Below, piece by piece: positions 42,174 through 52,065 of a DNA stretch of 64,000 nucleotides. Each line of letters begins with the position of its first letter. Within the stretch, counting starts at the first letter, position 1. The DNA comes from Alphaproteobacteria bacterium. Lineage in GTDB: Bacteria; Pseudomonadota; Alphaproteobacteria; MPNO01; UBA830. The DNA is taken from contig OZ219790.1 in assembly GCA_964291215.2 (NCBI GenBank), positions 448,001 through 512,000 of the forward strand. Reading direction: 5' to 3'. The notes beneath the pieces are model-generated. The model did no database searches. It was given only the letters and a program-made list of their open reading frames with translations, and was not told the origin of the DNA. The position numbers and the translations under genes are program-made.

Positions 42174-43397
42174 CTATGCTGAATCCCTGATCGCTGTCGA
42201 GTAGGCAGCGAGGTCCGATGAGCTCATCCGAAGCTGTCGCGCTATCTGTTGCCACCCGTCCAGTGTGGTTGCGACTTCCTCGATGATGGCATCGGCCCGG
42301 ACCAGGTCCAGCGCGAAATACGGTGTAGCGGCGCGGGCCAGGTCGAGATCGGCGTCCGGCCCTTCTTCCGATATCCAGGTCGTCAGTTCGCGCGTTTTTT
42401 CGGTCAGCGGCACCGGGTTCAGGTCATAGGCCGGCGAAAGGCGCCATTTGTCGTCGTAATCGTACAGGAAGCCATGGTTGCGGAGGTGATCGTCGAGATT
42501 GCCGACCATCACATTGAAGACGATCCGCCTCCACAGTTCATGCAGGTCTTCGATGGGCGCACTCGAATACACTCTGATGACTTCTGCGATATCCGTGTAG
42601 GACGCTTCGTCGCCGTCGCTGAGCCCGAGTAGGGTCATGGCAGAAATGAACGGGATTCTCCGGCCCTGATCACGGTCGAATCGCGTTATCAGGGACACCG
42701 GTCGACCAGCCACGTCCAGCAGTGTTGCCTGAGCAACATCAACGCCTGCGGCGGCGGCGAGTGTCATCGCGAGGACCTCGCCATGCGGGATGCTGCGATC
42801 ATCATCGTTCTTCGGAAACTTGGCGATCGCCAAGCGACCATCATTGTCGATGACGGCGGACTTGGGGCGGGCGCCGCCGAGCGGCGAGCCCTCGTTCAGC
42901 AGGAGCTTCAGGTCTTCGGCAGTTTCGGAGTTGGACAGTACCGCATTGGCGGCGTCAAGGAGCGCCGGTAGCCGGATCAGGGGAGGCACACGGTAGCGGC
43001 CGAAGTTGTGGTCGAAGGTCTTTTCGCCTTCCCGGCGATACCGGAGCGCGCCGATTCTAGTCTGATCGTTGATGGCGAGGAGATAGTCGGTCTCGGACAG
43101 GGTGCGCTGCTCGCCGGCTTTGCGAAAGGCGCGCCGAATCAGCTGTTGGCCCCAGCGGTCCGGGGCGGTGTCGCGCAATGCGCCGGGCAATGCGGACTTG
43201 TTGGAGGAAGTGTATATCTGGCGGCGTTCCAACGGCAGGTTCGCCGGATCCAGGGCAAAAGCACCGGCGCGGTCGTGCCACGTGTCGGCATACTCAAAGA
43301 CCGAGCTTTGGCCGTGTCGCTTGGCGATGTAGTAGCACCGCCCGACGAGAGAAGTCTGACCATTGTGGTCGACAAGAACCTCGATCGGGTCGGTCAT
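42174..43397 (-). CDS. hipA: HipA-family kinase toxin
   Basis: DTAPDRWG, SPLGGARPK, IAKFP, ITRFDR, GNLDDHLRNHGF, LSPAYDLNP. Confidence 0.95.
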   Translation of the reverse strand: MTDPIEVLVDHNGQTSLVGRCYYIAKRHGQSSVFEYADTWHDRAGAFALDPANLPLERRQIYTSSNKSALPGALRDTAPDRWGQQLIRRAFRKAGEQRTLSETDYLLAINDQTRIGALRYRREGEKTFDHNFGRYRVPPLIRLPALLDAANAVLSNSETAEDLKLLLNEGSPLGGARPKSAVIDNDGRLAIAKFPKNDDDRSIPHGEVLAMTLAAAAGVDVAQATLLDVAGRPVSLITRFDRDQGRRIPFISAMTLLGLSDGDEASYTDIAEVIRVYSSAPIEDLHELWRRIVFNVMVGNLDDHLRNHGFLYDYDDKWRLSPAYDLNPVPLTEKTRELTTWISEEGPDADLDLARAATPYFALDLVRADAIIEEVATTLDGWQQIARQLRMSSSDLAAYSTAIRDSA

Positions 43398-43732
43398 GAC
43401 TGTGATCGGGAGCGGCGCCGCGGTTGCACCTTCCTGGGCAGTCGATCCTCGTCGATGTCCAGTCCGAGGGAATCGTCGCGTCGGTCGGCCGCCTGGGCGA
43501 GACGGTCGGCGAGCCCCAGGATGGCCAATACGGTCACATAGATGCCGATCGAGACCGACGGGTCGCCGCGTTCGACCTTGTAGAGAGTGCCGCGGCTGAT
43601 GAATGCGCGCTCAGCCATCGAGACCGTCGAGATGCGACGCTTCTTGCGGGCGACCGCGATGTCCGCGCCCAGCTTGGCGAGGGCCTGTTTCGCTGCTCTG
43701 GGAAGCGCATGTGTCGCTAGTGTTTTCATCAT
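43394..43732 (-). CDS. XRE-family HTH antitoxin (HipB-like)
   Basis: ARKKRRIS...MAERAFISRGTLYKVERGDPSV; ATGA overlap with hipA. Confidence 0.88.
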   Translation of the reverse strand: MMKTLATHALPRAAKQALAKLGADIAVARKKRRISTVSMAERAFISRGTLYKVERGDPSVSIGIYVTVLAILGLADRLAQAADRRDDSLGLDIDEDRLPRKVQPRRRSRSQS

Positions 43733-44039
43733 CTGTGTGATCTGGAGATCAATAGGATACTCTATTGTTCATTATATAAGACATATGGGAGAGCAGTCAA
43801 CAGACTTCAGCCAGGTGTTTCCCACGCTGCATTCAATTTTGCTGTCTTCTGCTGTCCGGAGGTTTCACAGCGTGCCGGGTTTTCTGGCTTCGGGGCCGTC
43901 CGCGGTCGTCGCCGGCGGCGTTGCCGGTGCGTGGGCGGCGTCCGGGAATCGGCCGGACACCATTGGCGCTCAGGACCGGGGTGAGAGTTTCGTATGGCAC
44001 AGTTGCAGGCTCAGTACCATTTGTTCATCTCACAGTGCC

Positions 44040-44445
44040 GGGGTGTGATTTGGGCTGATGTTGTCGTTGGCTGGTGCGTCGTCTGCACCGATCATGGCCG
44101 TCCACGCGCTCTCGAAGCAGGATGCGCCGGCGCATGCCGGAGCGTTTCATGCGCTGTGTGACGAGGGTCTTGTTTGCCGCCTCGACAATTCCCGAGCCGG
44201 TTGCTTCAGCGCGTGGTAGCGCATGCGGTGGCGATGCTTGCGGAAGAAGGACTGTTCCCTGTCGATGTCGGCCCGTTGGCGCCGCGAAGGTGGCCCCGGA
44301 TCACCCTGTCGATGCCGCGAAGGTCGTGACAAAATCCTGTCCTGAAACGGGCGATTGTCACGAAAACCCGTTTTCGCCGCTACCTCGCGGCCGCACAACC
44401 GTGTTAAATCAATGACTTGGATTCGCCATACGAGAACTGCACCCC
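44040..44445 (-). mobile_element. Internally deleted ISLre2/ISKra4-like element
   Basis: FFRKHRHRMRY, SGIVEAANKTLVTQRMKRSGMR remnants; ends CCGGGGTG and CACCCCGG. Confidence 0.65.
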
Positions 44446-44446
44446 G

Positions 44447-44530
44447 GTAAGCGTTCGTTCGTGCGGTGAGGTGTTGTCGTTCCCGACCATTTGACGGTCA
44501 ACCGGAACTCACGAGCAACACCACCTGAAT
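44447..44530. repeat. Solo IS66 end
   Basis: GTAAGCGTTCGTTCGTGCGGTGAGGTGTTG, matching the ends at 27023 and 42171. Confidence 0.75.
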
Positions 44531-44637
44531 CCCCCGCGACCCGGGGAGAGGCAGTTCCCCGGCGTACAGCTGTCAAGGGGCATCACGTCCATGCCGATCC
44601 TTCGTTTTCGTCGCTGTCGAGCTCGTGCGGCTCGTCC

Positions 44638-45624
44638 TCAGAAATGCCGCCAGCCGGAACTCCCGACCTCGACGGGCCGGGCATCCGCATCGACCAAGAC
44701 GACGCTGGCACTGTCGCTGACGATCGTTCCGATTTCGGTGATTTCAACGCCCGATTCCGCGCCCGCGGCCAGCGCCTTCGCCCTGTCCCCGGCGACGACC
44801 GTAAAGATAAGTTCGTAATCGTCGCCCCCAGTCACCAGCGCGGTGGGGCCGAGCCGGCGTTCGCGGCACATCGCCGCCGCAGCCTCGGAGACCGGCACTC
44901 GATCGATCCGGATCCGTGCCCCCACGCCTGATGCCGCGCAAATATGGCCGAGATCGGCGATCAGCCCATCCGAGATGTCGGCCATCGCCGTGGCGATGCC
45001 TCTCAGGGACCGTCCGAGCGCAAGCCGCGGCTCGGGCAGACGGAAACGGTGGATCAGAAACTCGTGCTCTGCCGCCTCCTCCCTCGACGCCCGGAGGCCC
45101 AGGACGGCATCGCCGATAGTCCCAGAAACCATGACAAGATCACCCGGAACGGCGCCTCTGCGGGTGACCGCCTGTCCGGGGGGCAGCTCGCCGACAACCG
45201 TGACCGAAAGGACTGGCGGACCGTCCGTGCGTGTGATGTCGCCGCCAAGCAGCGTCACGGCAAACCTGTCCTGATCAATGCGCAGGCCGCGCGCAAACCC
45301 TTCGAACCAGGAATCACCGGTAGCGTCGGGCAGGGCCAGGTTGAGAAAATACGCGTTCGGCGTCGCCGCCATCGCCGCGAGGTCCGAAAGGTTTACCCTG
45401 AGAAGCCGGCGCGCCACCACTTCAGGGTCTTCGCCGACCGGGAAGTGAATTCCGGCGACCATGGTGTCGGTACTGACGACGGTATCGGCATCGGGCTGCG
45501 GCGGCAGCACCGCGGCATCGTCGCGAAATCCCAGCGCCCTCGGATCTCCGTTCCCGAGCGGGGCCAGCAATTCGGCGATTACCTCAAATTCGCCCCTGCC
45601 CGGCCATTCAGCCATCGCCGCCAT
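44638..45624 (-). CDS. thiL: Thiamine-monophosphate kinase
   Basis: EFEVI, DDAA, VNLSDLAAM, GGD, DISDGL..DL.HI, GGDDYEL, GWRHF. Confidence 0.96.
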   Translation of the reverse strand: MAAMAEWPGRGEFEVIAELLAPLGNGDPRALGFRDDAAVLPPQPDADTVVSTDTMVAGIHFPVGEDPEVVARRLLRVNLSDLAAMAATPNAYFLNLALPDATGDSWFEGFARGLRIDQDRFAVTLLGGDITRTDGPPVLSVTVVGELPPGQAVTRRGAVPGDLVMVSGTIGDAVLGLRASREEAAEHEFLIHRFRLPEPRLALGRSLRGIATAMADISDGLIADLGHICAASGVGARIRIDRVPVSEAAAAMCRERRLGPTALVTGGDDYELIFTVVAGDRAKALAAGAESGVEITEIGTIVSDSASVVLVDADARPVEVGSSGWRHF

Positions 45625-46120
45625 CCGGCGCCATCTTCACTGTTCCCAGCTCGTCGGGACGCAGGGCCCGGGCCACATCGTCCAGTACACCGTTCACCAT
45701 GCCCGCCTCGGGAGAATCGAAGAAAGCGTGCGCGATGTCGAGGTACTCGTTGATGACAACCTTCGCCGGCGTGTCGCGGCACGTCTCCAGTTCGCACACG
45801 GCCGTCCTCAGGATCGCACGCAGCACGTAAGCTAGTCTCTCGACCTTCCAGCGTTCGGAAAGCGAGTCCCGAATGATTCGATCGAACTCCTCCCGGCGCT
45901 TGACCGCAGCATCGACCAGGACTGCAAAGAATTCCCGGTCGGCTTCGACATCCTCTTCGGCGCCGAGACGTTCTCCCGGCGTGTAGGACTCGAATTCCGC
46001 CAACACCCTTTCGATATCGGCACCGGACAGATCGATCTGGTAGAGCCCCTGCACCGCTGCGAGGCGGGCTGCGCTCCGGGCGGCTCGGCGGTCCGCCCTC
46101 CGCTGGCCGCCACCGCTCAC
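45608..46120 (-). CDS. nusB: Transcription antitermination factor NusB
   Basis: RSAARLAAVQGLYQ, LRAILR, VVINEY, VNGVLD. Confidence 0.96.
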   Translation of the reverse strand: MSGGGQRRADRRAARSAARLAAVQGLYQIDLSGADIERVLAEFESYTPGERLGAEEDVEADREFFAVLVDAAVKRREEFDRIIRDSLSERWKVERLAYVLRAILRTAVCELETCRDTPAKVVINEYLDIAHAFFDSPEAGMVNGVLDDVARALRPDELGTVKMAPDGGDG

Positions 46121-46128
46121 CGGCGCCG

Positions 46129-46578
46129 TCAGCGGAATTGCCGGCGCAGCGCGATCATCGCCAGGCAGGCACGCGCCGCTGCCCCGCCCCGGTCATGCTG
46201 GTCCCGTTGCGCCCGCGCCATCGCCTGCTCGCCATTCTCGGTCGTCAACACACCGTAGCCGAGCGCCACGCCGTGTTCGAGAACCAGATCGTTCAGCCCG
46301 CGGGCACTTTCTTGGCAGACATAATCGTAGTGGGTCGTTTCGCCGCGAATGACGCAGCCGAGTGCGATATAGCCATCGAACGGCTCTCCCGCATCCGACT
46401 TGCCGCCGTTGCCGATAGCCATCCGTATTGCCCCCGGGAGCTCGAAGGTCCCCGGCACCTGGAATCGTTCCCAGGTCGCGCCAGCCGATTCAAGCTCCGC
46501 GATGACGCTCTCCATCATCCGGTCGGCAATCTCGTCGTAGAACCGCGCCTCGACGATCATCACGTGCACGTCTGCCAT
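46129..46578 (-). CDS. ribH: 6,7-dimethyl-8-ribityllumazine synthase
   Basis: ARFY, VPGTFELP, LGCVIRGETTHYDYV, GVLT. Confidence 0.96.
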   Translation of the reverse strand: MADVHVMIVEARFYDEIADRMMESVIAELESAGATWERFQVPGTFELPGAIRMAIGNGGKSDAGEPFDGYIALGCVIRGETTHYDYVCQESARGLNDLVLEHGVALGYGVLTTENGEQAMARAQRDQHDRGGAAARACLAMIALRRQFR

Positions 46579-46581
46579 CCC

Positions 46582-47814
46582 TCAGTCCTCCGAAGGCCCA
46601 AGGGGGCGCCGGCCGACGACCTTGAGCCCGAAGCCCTCTATGCCCTTGATCGCACGCTCGCGATTGCTGATCAGGATCAGCTCCCGGACGCCGAGATCGT
46701 TGAGGATCTGGGCTCCGACGCCGAAGTCGCGCAAGGCCGGTGGCGCCGTCTCGCGGCCCTCCTCGGTCTGCACCGAGATCTCGGCACTGGCCGACAGCGG
46801 ATCGGAGGGCACCCGGTGGCGGGTCCGTATCTGATTGGAGAGCTTCTCGGCCCACGGCTCGCGAATGATCACGATAACGCCGCGCCCTGCCTTACCGATG
46901 ATACGAAACGCGCTTTCGAGGTCGTCGTCGTGCTGGTTCGTAGTGTCATGGATCATGTCGTCAAGGATGTTCACCGCATGCATGCGGACCAAAAGCGGTT
47001 CGTCGCCAGAAACGTCCCCCTTCACCAGCGCGATGTGTTCGGCTCCGGACACGTTGTTACGATACAGGATGAGGCGGAAGTCGCCTTCGTGCCGACGATT
47101 GATGCGCGTCGTCAGCGATCTCTCGACGATCGAATCATGGCGCAGGCGGTAAGCGATCAGATCGGCGATCGTGGCCACCTTGAGCCCGTGGAACTGGGCA
47201 AATTTCACGAGATCCGGCAGGCGGGCCATGGTCCCGTCCTCGTTCATGATCTCGCAGATCACGCCCGACGGGTTGAGGCTGGCGAGCCGTGCGAGGTCGA
47301 CCGCCGCCTCAGTGTGTCCCGTGCGCACCAGCACGCCGCCATCCCGCGCCCGCAGCGGAAACACGTGGCCCGGCGTAACGATGTCGTCGCGCCCGTGCAG
47401 CGGGTCAATCGCCACCGCCACCGTGCGCGCCCGGTCGGACGCGGATATCCCGGTAGTTATTCCCTCGCGCGCTTCGATCGAGGTCGTGAACGCGGTCTCG
47501 AACTGTGACCTGTTGTCCGTCGACATCAGCGACAGGCCCAACTGGTCGACGCGCTCGGCCGTCATCGCAAGGCAGATCAGGCCGCGGCCGTGCTTGGCCA
47601 TGAAGTTGATGGCGTCCGGCGTCGCCATCTGTGCGGCGACAACAAGGTCGCCCTCGTTCTCGCGGTCCTCGTCGTCAACGATGACCACCATGCGACCGTT
47701 GCGGATATCGTCGATCACGTCGGGGATCGGGGCCAGAAAATCCTGAAAGTCGTCTGCCGACCCCGGTCCTTCGGGCGCCGCGTTGCCGACGACGGACAAT
47801 TGCCTTTCGATCAC
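46582..47814 (-). CDS. ribB: DHBP synthase with a degenerate GTP cyclohydrolase II domain (RibBX-type)
   Basis: DDEDRENEGD, GISASDR, RTGHTEA, CEIMNEDG; C-domain lacks the zinc-binding cysteines. Confidence 0.94.
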   Translation of the reverse strand: MIERQLSVVGNAAPEGPGSADDFQDFLAPIPDVIDDIRNGRMVVIVDDEDRENEGDLVVAAQMATPDAINFMAKHGRGLICLAMTAERVDQLGLSLMSTDNRSQFETAFTTSIEAREGITTGISASDRARTVAVAIDPLHGRDDIVTPGHVFPLRARDGGVLVRTGHTEAAVDLARLASLNPSGVICEIMNEDGTMARLPDLVKFAQFHGLKVATIADLIAYRLRHDSIVERSLTTRINRRHEGDFRLILYRNNVSGAEHIALVKGDVSGDEPLLVRMHAVNILDDMIHDTTNQHDDDLESAFRIIGKAGRGVIVIIREPWAEKLSNQIRTRHRVPSDPLSASAEISVQTEEGRETAPPALRDFGVGAQILNDLGVRELILISNRERAIKGIEGFGLKVVGRRPLGPSED

Positions 47815-47817
47815 TGG

Positions 47818-48405
47818 TCAGTCCTTTCCGAGAAGCCGCGCCACATAGCGCGCGATAGTATCGATCTCGACATTGACGCTGTCGCCGACCCGGCGCAAAC
47901 CGAAGGTTGTCACCGCGCGTGTATGGCTGATGATGTTGACACCGAAGCGGGCGCCCTCGACCTCGTTGACGGTCAGCGACACCCCGTCAATCGCGATCGA
48001 GCCCTTGGGAGCGACATAGATTGCGAACGCATCCGGAATCTCGAAGCGGAAGCGGACGCTGTCGCCCTCCGGCTCCATGTCGACTACGGCGGCTACGGCG
48101 TCGACATGACCCGACACGATGTGTCCGCCCAACTCGTCGCCGACGCGCATCGCGCGCTCAAGATTGACTGCTGTGCCGACTTCCCAGCCGCCGAGTGTTG
48201 TCCGGGCAAGTGTCTCTGCGGACGCTTCGACTGCAAACCAGTCCACCCCCTTCTCGACCACCGTCAGACAGGGACCCGAACAGGCAATCGAAGCGCCGAT
48301 GTCGACGCTCTCCATGTCGTAGGATGTCGTGATCTCGATACGGGTGTCCCCACCCCTGACGATCGCACGAACGCGGCCAAAATCCGAGACAATGCCGGTA
48401 AACAC
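47818..48405 (-). CDS. ribE: Riboflavin synthase
   Basis: MFTGIV, SIACSGPCLT, VNLERA, GGHIVSGHVD, KGSIAIDGVSLTVN. Confidence 0.97.
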   Translation of the reverse strand: MFTGIVSDFGRVRAIVRGGDTRIEITTSYDMESVDIGASIACSGPCLTVVEKGVDWFAVEASAETLARTTLGGWEVGTAVNLERAMRVGDELGGHIVSGHVDAVAAVVDMEPEGDSVRFRFEIPDAFAIYVAPKGSIAIDGVSLTVNEVEGARFGVNIISHTRAVTTFGLRRVGDSVNVEIDTIARYVARLLGKD

Positions 48406-49521
48406 CTAATTCTCCCTTCGCACGCGCTCATAGGTCTCGACGAGATCCGGGCCGATTGCTTCGCTCGACAGTCTGACGAAGTGTCGCGTATCGTCAAGCC
48501 TTTCCAGACCGAAATCCGCAACCGCCGACATGCCGTCCGCCCCGATGACGACCGGCGCCCGGTACCATACGATGCGATCAACAAGATCGCGCGCGATCAG
48601 CGTGGCGACCGTGCGCCCGCCCCCTTCGACCATGAGCCGGTTAATCCCGCGATTCCCCAGCGCCTCCAGGGCGGCGCCGGGGTCGGGCCTGCCGTCGCCG
48701 GTTCCTGCTACCGCGACGATCTCGACGCCAGCTTCGGCCAACGCCGCCGGCTGCCGGGCCTCCTCGGCGATGATGAGCCAGGTCGGCACATCACGCGCCG
48801 TCGCCACCAGGCGATGGCTTGCCGGCAGCGGCGTCCGTCCCCCGAGCACGATGCGGATCGGCGAGCTCTTGCCGAGTCCGGGCAGCCGACAGGTTAGAGC
48901 CGGATCGTCCGCAACCGCGGTTCTGTTGCCGACGAGTATCGCGTCGCTCCGCGCCCTGACCCCGTGAACACGGTCCCGTGCCATGGGCCCGGTGATCCAT
49001 CTGCTTTCGCCGGTTGACGTGGCGATGCGGCCGTCGAGGCTGGTCGCCAGCTTGACGGTGACCAGCGGCCGGCCGTGTTCGACCCGCATGAGAAAATCTG
49101 CCGTCACCTCTCGAGCGGCCTCGGCACACACGCCGAGCGAGATCTCGACTCCAGCATCTTCGAGCCTCCGCAACCCGGCGCCATCGACGCGAGGGTCGGG
49201 ATCGCGCACGCCGACGACGACCCGCGCGATGCCGGCCTCGATCAGGACATCTGCGCAGGGCGGGGTCTGGCCGTGGTGAGCGCACGGCTCCAGCGTCACA
49301 TAGGCGGTGGCCCCTCTGGCACCGTCTCCGGCGCGTCCGAGCGCAACAGTCTCCGCATGCGGCCGTCCGCCCGGTTGCGTCCAGCCGCGCCCGATGACGC
49401 GCCCGTCCCGCGCAATGACGCAGCCTACTGCGGGGTTCGGAGAAACATTGCCGTGGCCGCGCCTCGCCAGCGCGACCGCAGCAGCCATGAAGCGTTCGTC
49501 AGACAAGCCGCTCGGGCACAT
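48406..49521 (-). CDS. ribD: Riboflavin biosynthesis deaminase/reductase
   Basis: PNPAVG, HAE, TLEPCAH.G.TPPC, SLDG, VEGG. Confidence 0.97.
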   Translation of the reverse strand: MCPSGLSDERFMAAAVALARRGHGNVSPNPAVGCVIARDGRVIGRGWTQPGGRPHAETVALGRAGDGARGATAYVTLEPCAHHGQTPPCADVLIEAGIARVVVGVRDPDPRVDGAGLRRLEDAGVEISLGVCAEAAREVTADFLMRVEHGRPLVTVKLATSLDGRIATSTGESRWITGPMARDRVHGVRARSDAILVGNRTAVADDPALTCRLPGLGKSSPIRIVLGGRTPLPASHRLVATARDVPTWLIIAEEARQPAALAEAGVEIVAVAGTGDGRPDPGAALEALGNRGINRLMVEGGGRTVATLIARDLVDRIVWYRAPVVIGADGMSAVADFGLERLDDTRHFVRLSSEAIGPDLVETYERVRREN

Positions 49522-49963
49522 TCAGGCCTTCAACGAAATCTTCGAAGTCCCGCGCCTCGCGGAAGTCGCGATAGACCGAGGCGAAGCGGATATATGCCAC
49601 GGGGTCGAGCCGCTCGAGCGCTTCCATCACCAGTTCCCCGATCTGGCCCGACTTGATCTCCGACATTCCGGAACTTTCGATCTTTCGGATGATTCCGGTC
49701 ACCGCGCGCTCGACCCGGTCCGGCTCAACCGGACGCTTGCGCAGTGCGACCGTCATCGACCTCGTGATTTTCTCGCGTTCCAGCGGCTCGCGCTTGTCAT
49801 TTTCCTTGAGAACGACGATGTCCCGCAGCTGCACGCGCTCGAATGTCGTGAAGCGCATGCCGCAGTCGTTGCAAGAGCGGCGACGGCGGATCGACGCGTT
49901 GTCCTCGGCTGGCCGCGAATCCTTGACCTGCGTGTTATCACTACCGCAAAAAGGACACTTCAT
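49499..49963 (-). CDS. nrdR: Transcriptional repressor NrdR
   Basis: [33 protein letters not shown]. Confidence 0.98.
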   Translation of the reverse strand: MKCPFCGSDNTQVKDSRPAEDNASIRRRRSCNDCGMRFTTFERVQLRDIVVLKENDKREPLEREKITRSMTVALRKRPVEPDRVERAVTGIIRKIESSGMSEIKSGQIGELVMEALERLDPVAYIRFASVYRDFREARDFEDFVEGLNVPERLV

Positions 49964-49979
49964 CCCTGCTCTCCCCGCC

Positions 49980-51281
49980 TCATTGTGGATAAATCGGAAA
50001 CCGCCTACACAGTCGGGTCACCTGCTCACGCGCCTTCTTCTCGGTCACCGCGTTGTCGCCGCCGGACGAGCCGAAACCGTCGAGAACCTCCGCAATCAGT
50101 TCCCCGATCTCGCGGAATTCCGCCGGCCCGAAACCGCGCGTCGTGGCCGCCGGCGACCCCAGGCGAATGCCGGACGTGACCGTCGGCGGCTGCGGATCGA
50201 ACGGCACGCCATTCTTGTTGCAGGTCATGCCGGCGGCCTCGAGAGTCGCCTCGGCGGCCTTGCCGGTCACGGCCTTGGCGCGCAGGTCGACGAGCAGGAG
50301 ATGGGTATCAGTGCCACCCGAGACGATATCGCAGCCGGCGTCCGAAAGGGTAGAGGCGAGAACCCGCGCGTTCTCGGCAACCGCTGCCGTATAGACGCGG
50401 AACTCGGGACGCAGCGCCTCGCCGAAGGCCGCGGCCTTCGCCGCGATGATATGCATCAACGGCCCCCCCTGGGTTCCGGGAAAGATCGCGGAATCGATCT
50501 TCCGGGCAAGGTCGCCGTCGTCGGCAAGGATCATTCCGCCGCGAGGCCCGCGCAGCGTCTTGTGGGTCGTGGTGGTGACGACATGCGCATGCGGGAACGG
50601 ACTCGGATGCACACCGCCGGCAACCAGCCCGGCAAAATGTGCCATGTCGACCATCAGCATGGCGCCGACGGAATCCGCGATTTCCCGGAAACGCGCGAAA
50701 TCGAGAATGCGGGGGTAGGCCGAACCGCCGGCGATGACCAGCTTCGGTCGATACTCTTCGGCCAAGCGCGCGACCTCGTCGAAGTCGACCCGCGCGTCGT
50801 CCTCGCGCACGCCGTACTGGATGGCCTTGAGCCATCGTCCGGAAAGATTGGGGCGCGCGCCGTGCGTGAGATGGCCGCCGGCAGCGAGGGAAAGTCCGAG
50901 TATGGTGTCGCCTGGCTTCAGCAGGGCGAAGAATACGGCCGCATTGGCCTGGGCGCCGGAATGGGGCTGGACATTGGCGTGGCTGCAGCCGAAAAGCCGG
51001 CAGGCGCGGTCAATCGCCATCTGCTCGGCGACATCGACATACTCGCATCCGCCGTAATAGCGGCGTCCGGGATAGCCCTCGGCATACTTGTTGGTGAGGA
51101 CCGAGCCGGCGGCTTCGAGCACCGCCCGCGAGACGATATTCTCGGAGGCGATGAGCTCGATCTGGTCCTGCTGGCGGGCAAGCTCGCGCCCCAGCGCGCG
51201 TTCGAGATCCGGATCCGTTTCCACAAGAGGTGAGGTAAAAAATCCCTCGTGCAACATGGCCGAAGGCGGCAGCGCGTCCAT
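49980..51281 (-). CDS. glyA: Serine hydroxymethyltransferase
   Basis: [35 protein letters not shown]; start codon uncertain. Confidence 0.98.
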   Translation of the reverse strand: MDALPPSAMLHEGFFTSPLVETDPDLERALGRELARQQDQIELIASENIVSRAVLEAAGSVLTNKYAEGYPGRRYYGGCEYVDVAEQMAIDRACRLFGCSHANVQPHSGAQANAAVFFALLKPGDTILGLSLAAGGHLTHGARPNLSGRWLKAIQYGVREDDARVDFDEVARLAEEYRPKLVIAGGSAYPRILDFARFREIADSVGAMLMVDMAHFAGLVAGGVHPSPFPHAHVVTTTTHKTLRGPRGGMILADDGDLARKIDSAIFPGTQGGPLMHIIAAKAAAFGEALRPEFRVYTAAVAENARVLASTLSDAGCDIVSGGTDTHLLLVDLRAKAVTGKAAEATLEAAGMTCNKNGVPFDPQPPTVTSGIRLGSPAATTRGFGPAEFREIGELIAEVLDGFGSSGGDNAVTEKKAREQVTRLCRRFPIYPQ

Positions 51282-51303
51282 AGAATACTCCGTATCGTCG
51301 ATG

Positions 51304-51753
51304 TCAGGCAGCCCGACACCGCTCAAGTTTGGCGATCCGGCGCTCATGCCGTCCGCCCTCGAATTCCGTCGAGAGGAACACCCCTACCATGGCACGGGCG
51401 ATTCCCTCTGGGGTCTTTCTCCCGCCCAGGCACATGATGTTGGCGTCATTGTGTCGACGGGCCAAGGCCGCTGTTTCCTCGTCGTAGCAGAGCGCAGCAC
51501 GAATGCCGGGGTGCCGGTTCGCAGCAATCGAAACGCCGATACCCGTTCCGCAAATCAGAATTCCGGCATCGCTCTCGCCGGCAGCAAGCGCGTCGACCAG
51601 CCTGAAGGCAAAGTCGGTGTAGTCCACCGGTTCAACCCCGTCGGTTCCGAGATCCAGCACGTCGAAACCGGCGCGATGGATCTCCTCCACGCAGGCCTGT
51701 TTGAGCGAATGACCGCCATGGTCGACGGCGATGGCAACCGTTTTCCTGCTCAT
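51304..51753 (-). CDS. rpiB: Ribose-5-phosphate isomerase B
   Basis: DHGG, ICGTGIG.SIAAN, RRHNDAN, FEGGRH.RR. Confidence 0.96.
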   Translation of the reverse strand: MSRKTVAIAVDHGGHSLKQACVEEIHRAGFDVLDLGTDGVEPVDYTDFAFRLVDALAAGESDAGILICGTGIGVSIAANRHPGIRAALCYDEETAALARRHNDANIMCLGGRKTPEGIARAMVGVFLSTEFEGGRHERRIAKLERCRAA

Positions 51754-52065
51754 GGGGCCTTCATCCCGGATCTCTCGACACAGCGCGATCCTGTCTCGCG
51801 GATCGGTTGCCGACACCAAATATCATATCACCATAGCATGGTACTACAAGGTATAGCAAGGTTCCCGGTTTTTACGGAGAGACACCCGCGAACCCGCCGC
51901 GCCAATGCCGGGACTTCGGTCCGACGCCGGACTGTTGCGGTCCGGGAACGGCGGCCTTTGCAAAACGGCATGCGGAGCCCTATATTCAATGCAACGATCT
52001 CACGCCGCCCGACACTCGGCGCCGCATCCGGGTTCGGGCTCCGGGAGGGGAAAAAGGAGCGAACG

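Noticed and set aside
49960-52060. FMN or glycine riboswitch ahead of the rib and glyA genes
   Set aside because: Genes are tightly packed and no riboswitch consensus was recognised.
51088-52065. Apparent 326-aa N-terminal extension of the KamA-like ORF
   Set aside because: Overlaps glyA and rpiB on the opposite strand; a strong RBS precedes the ATG at 52066.
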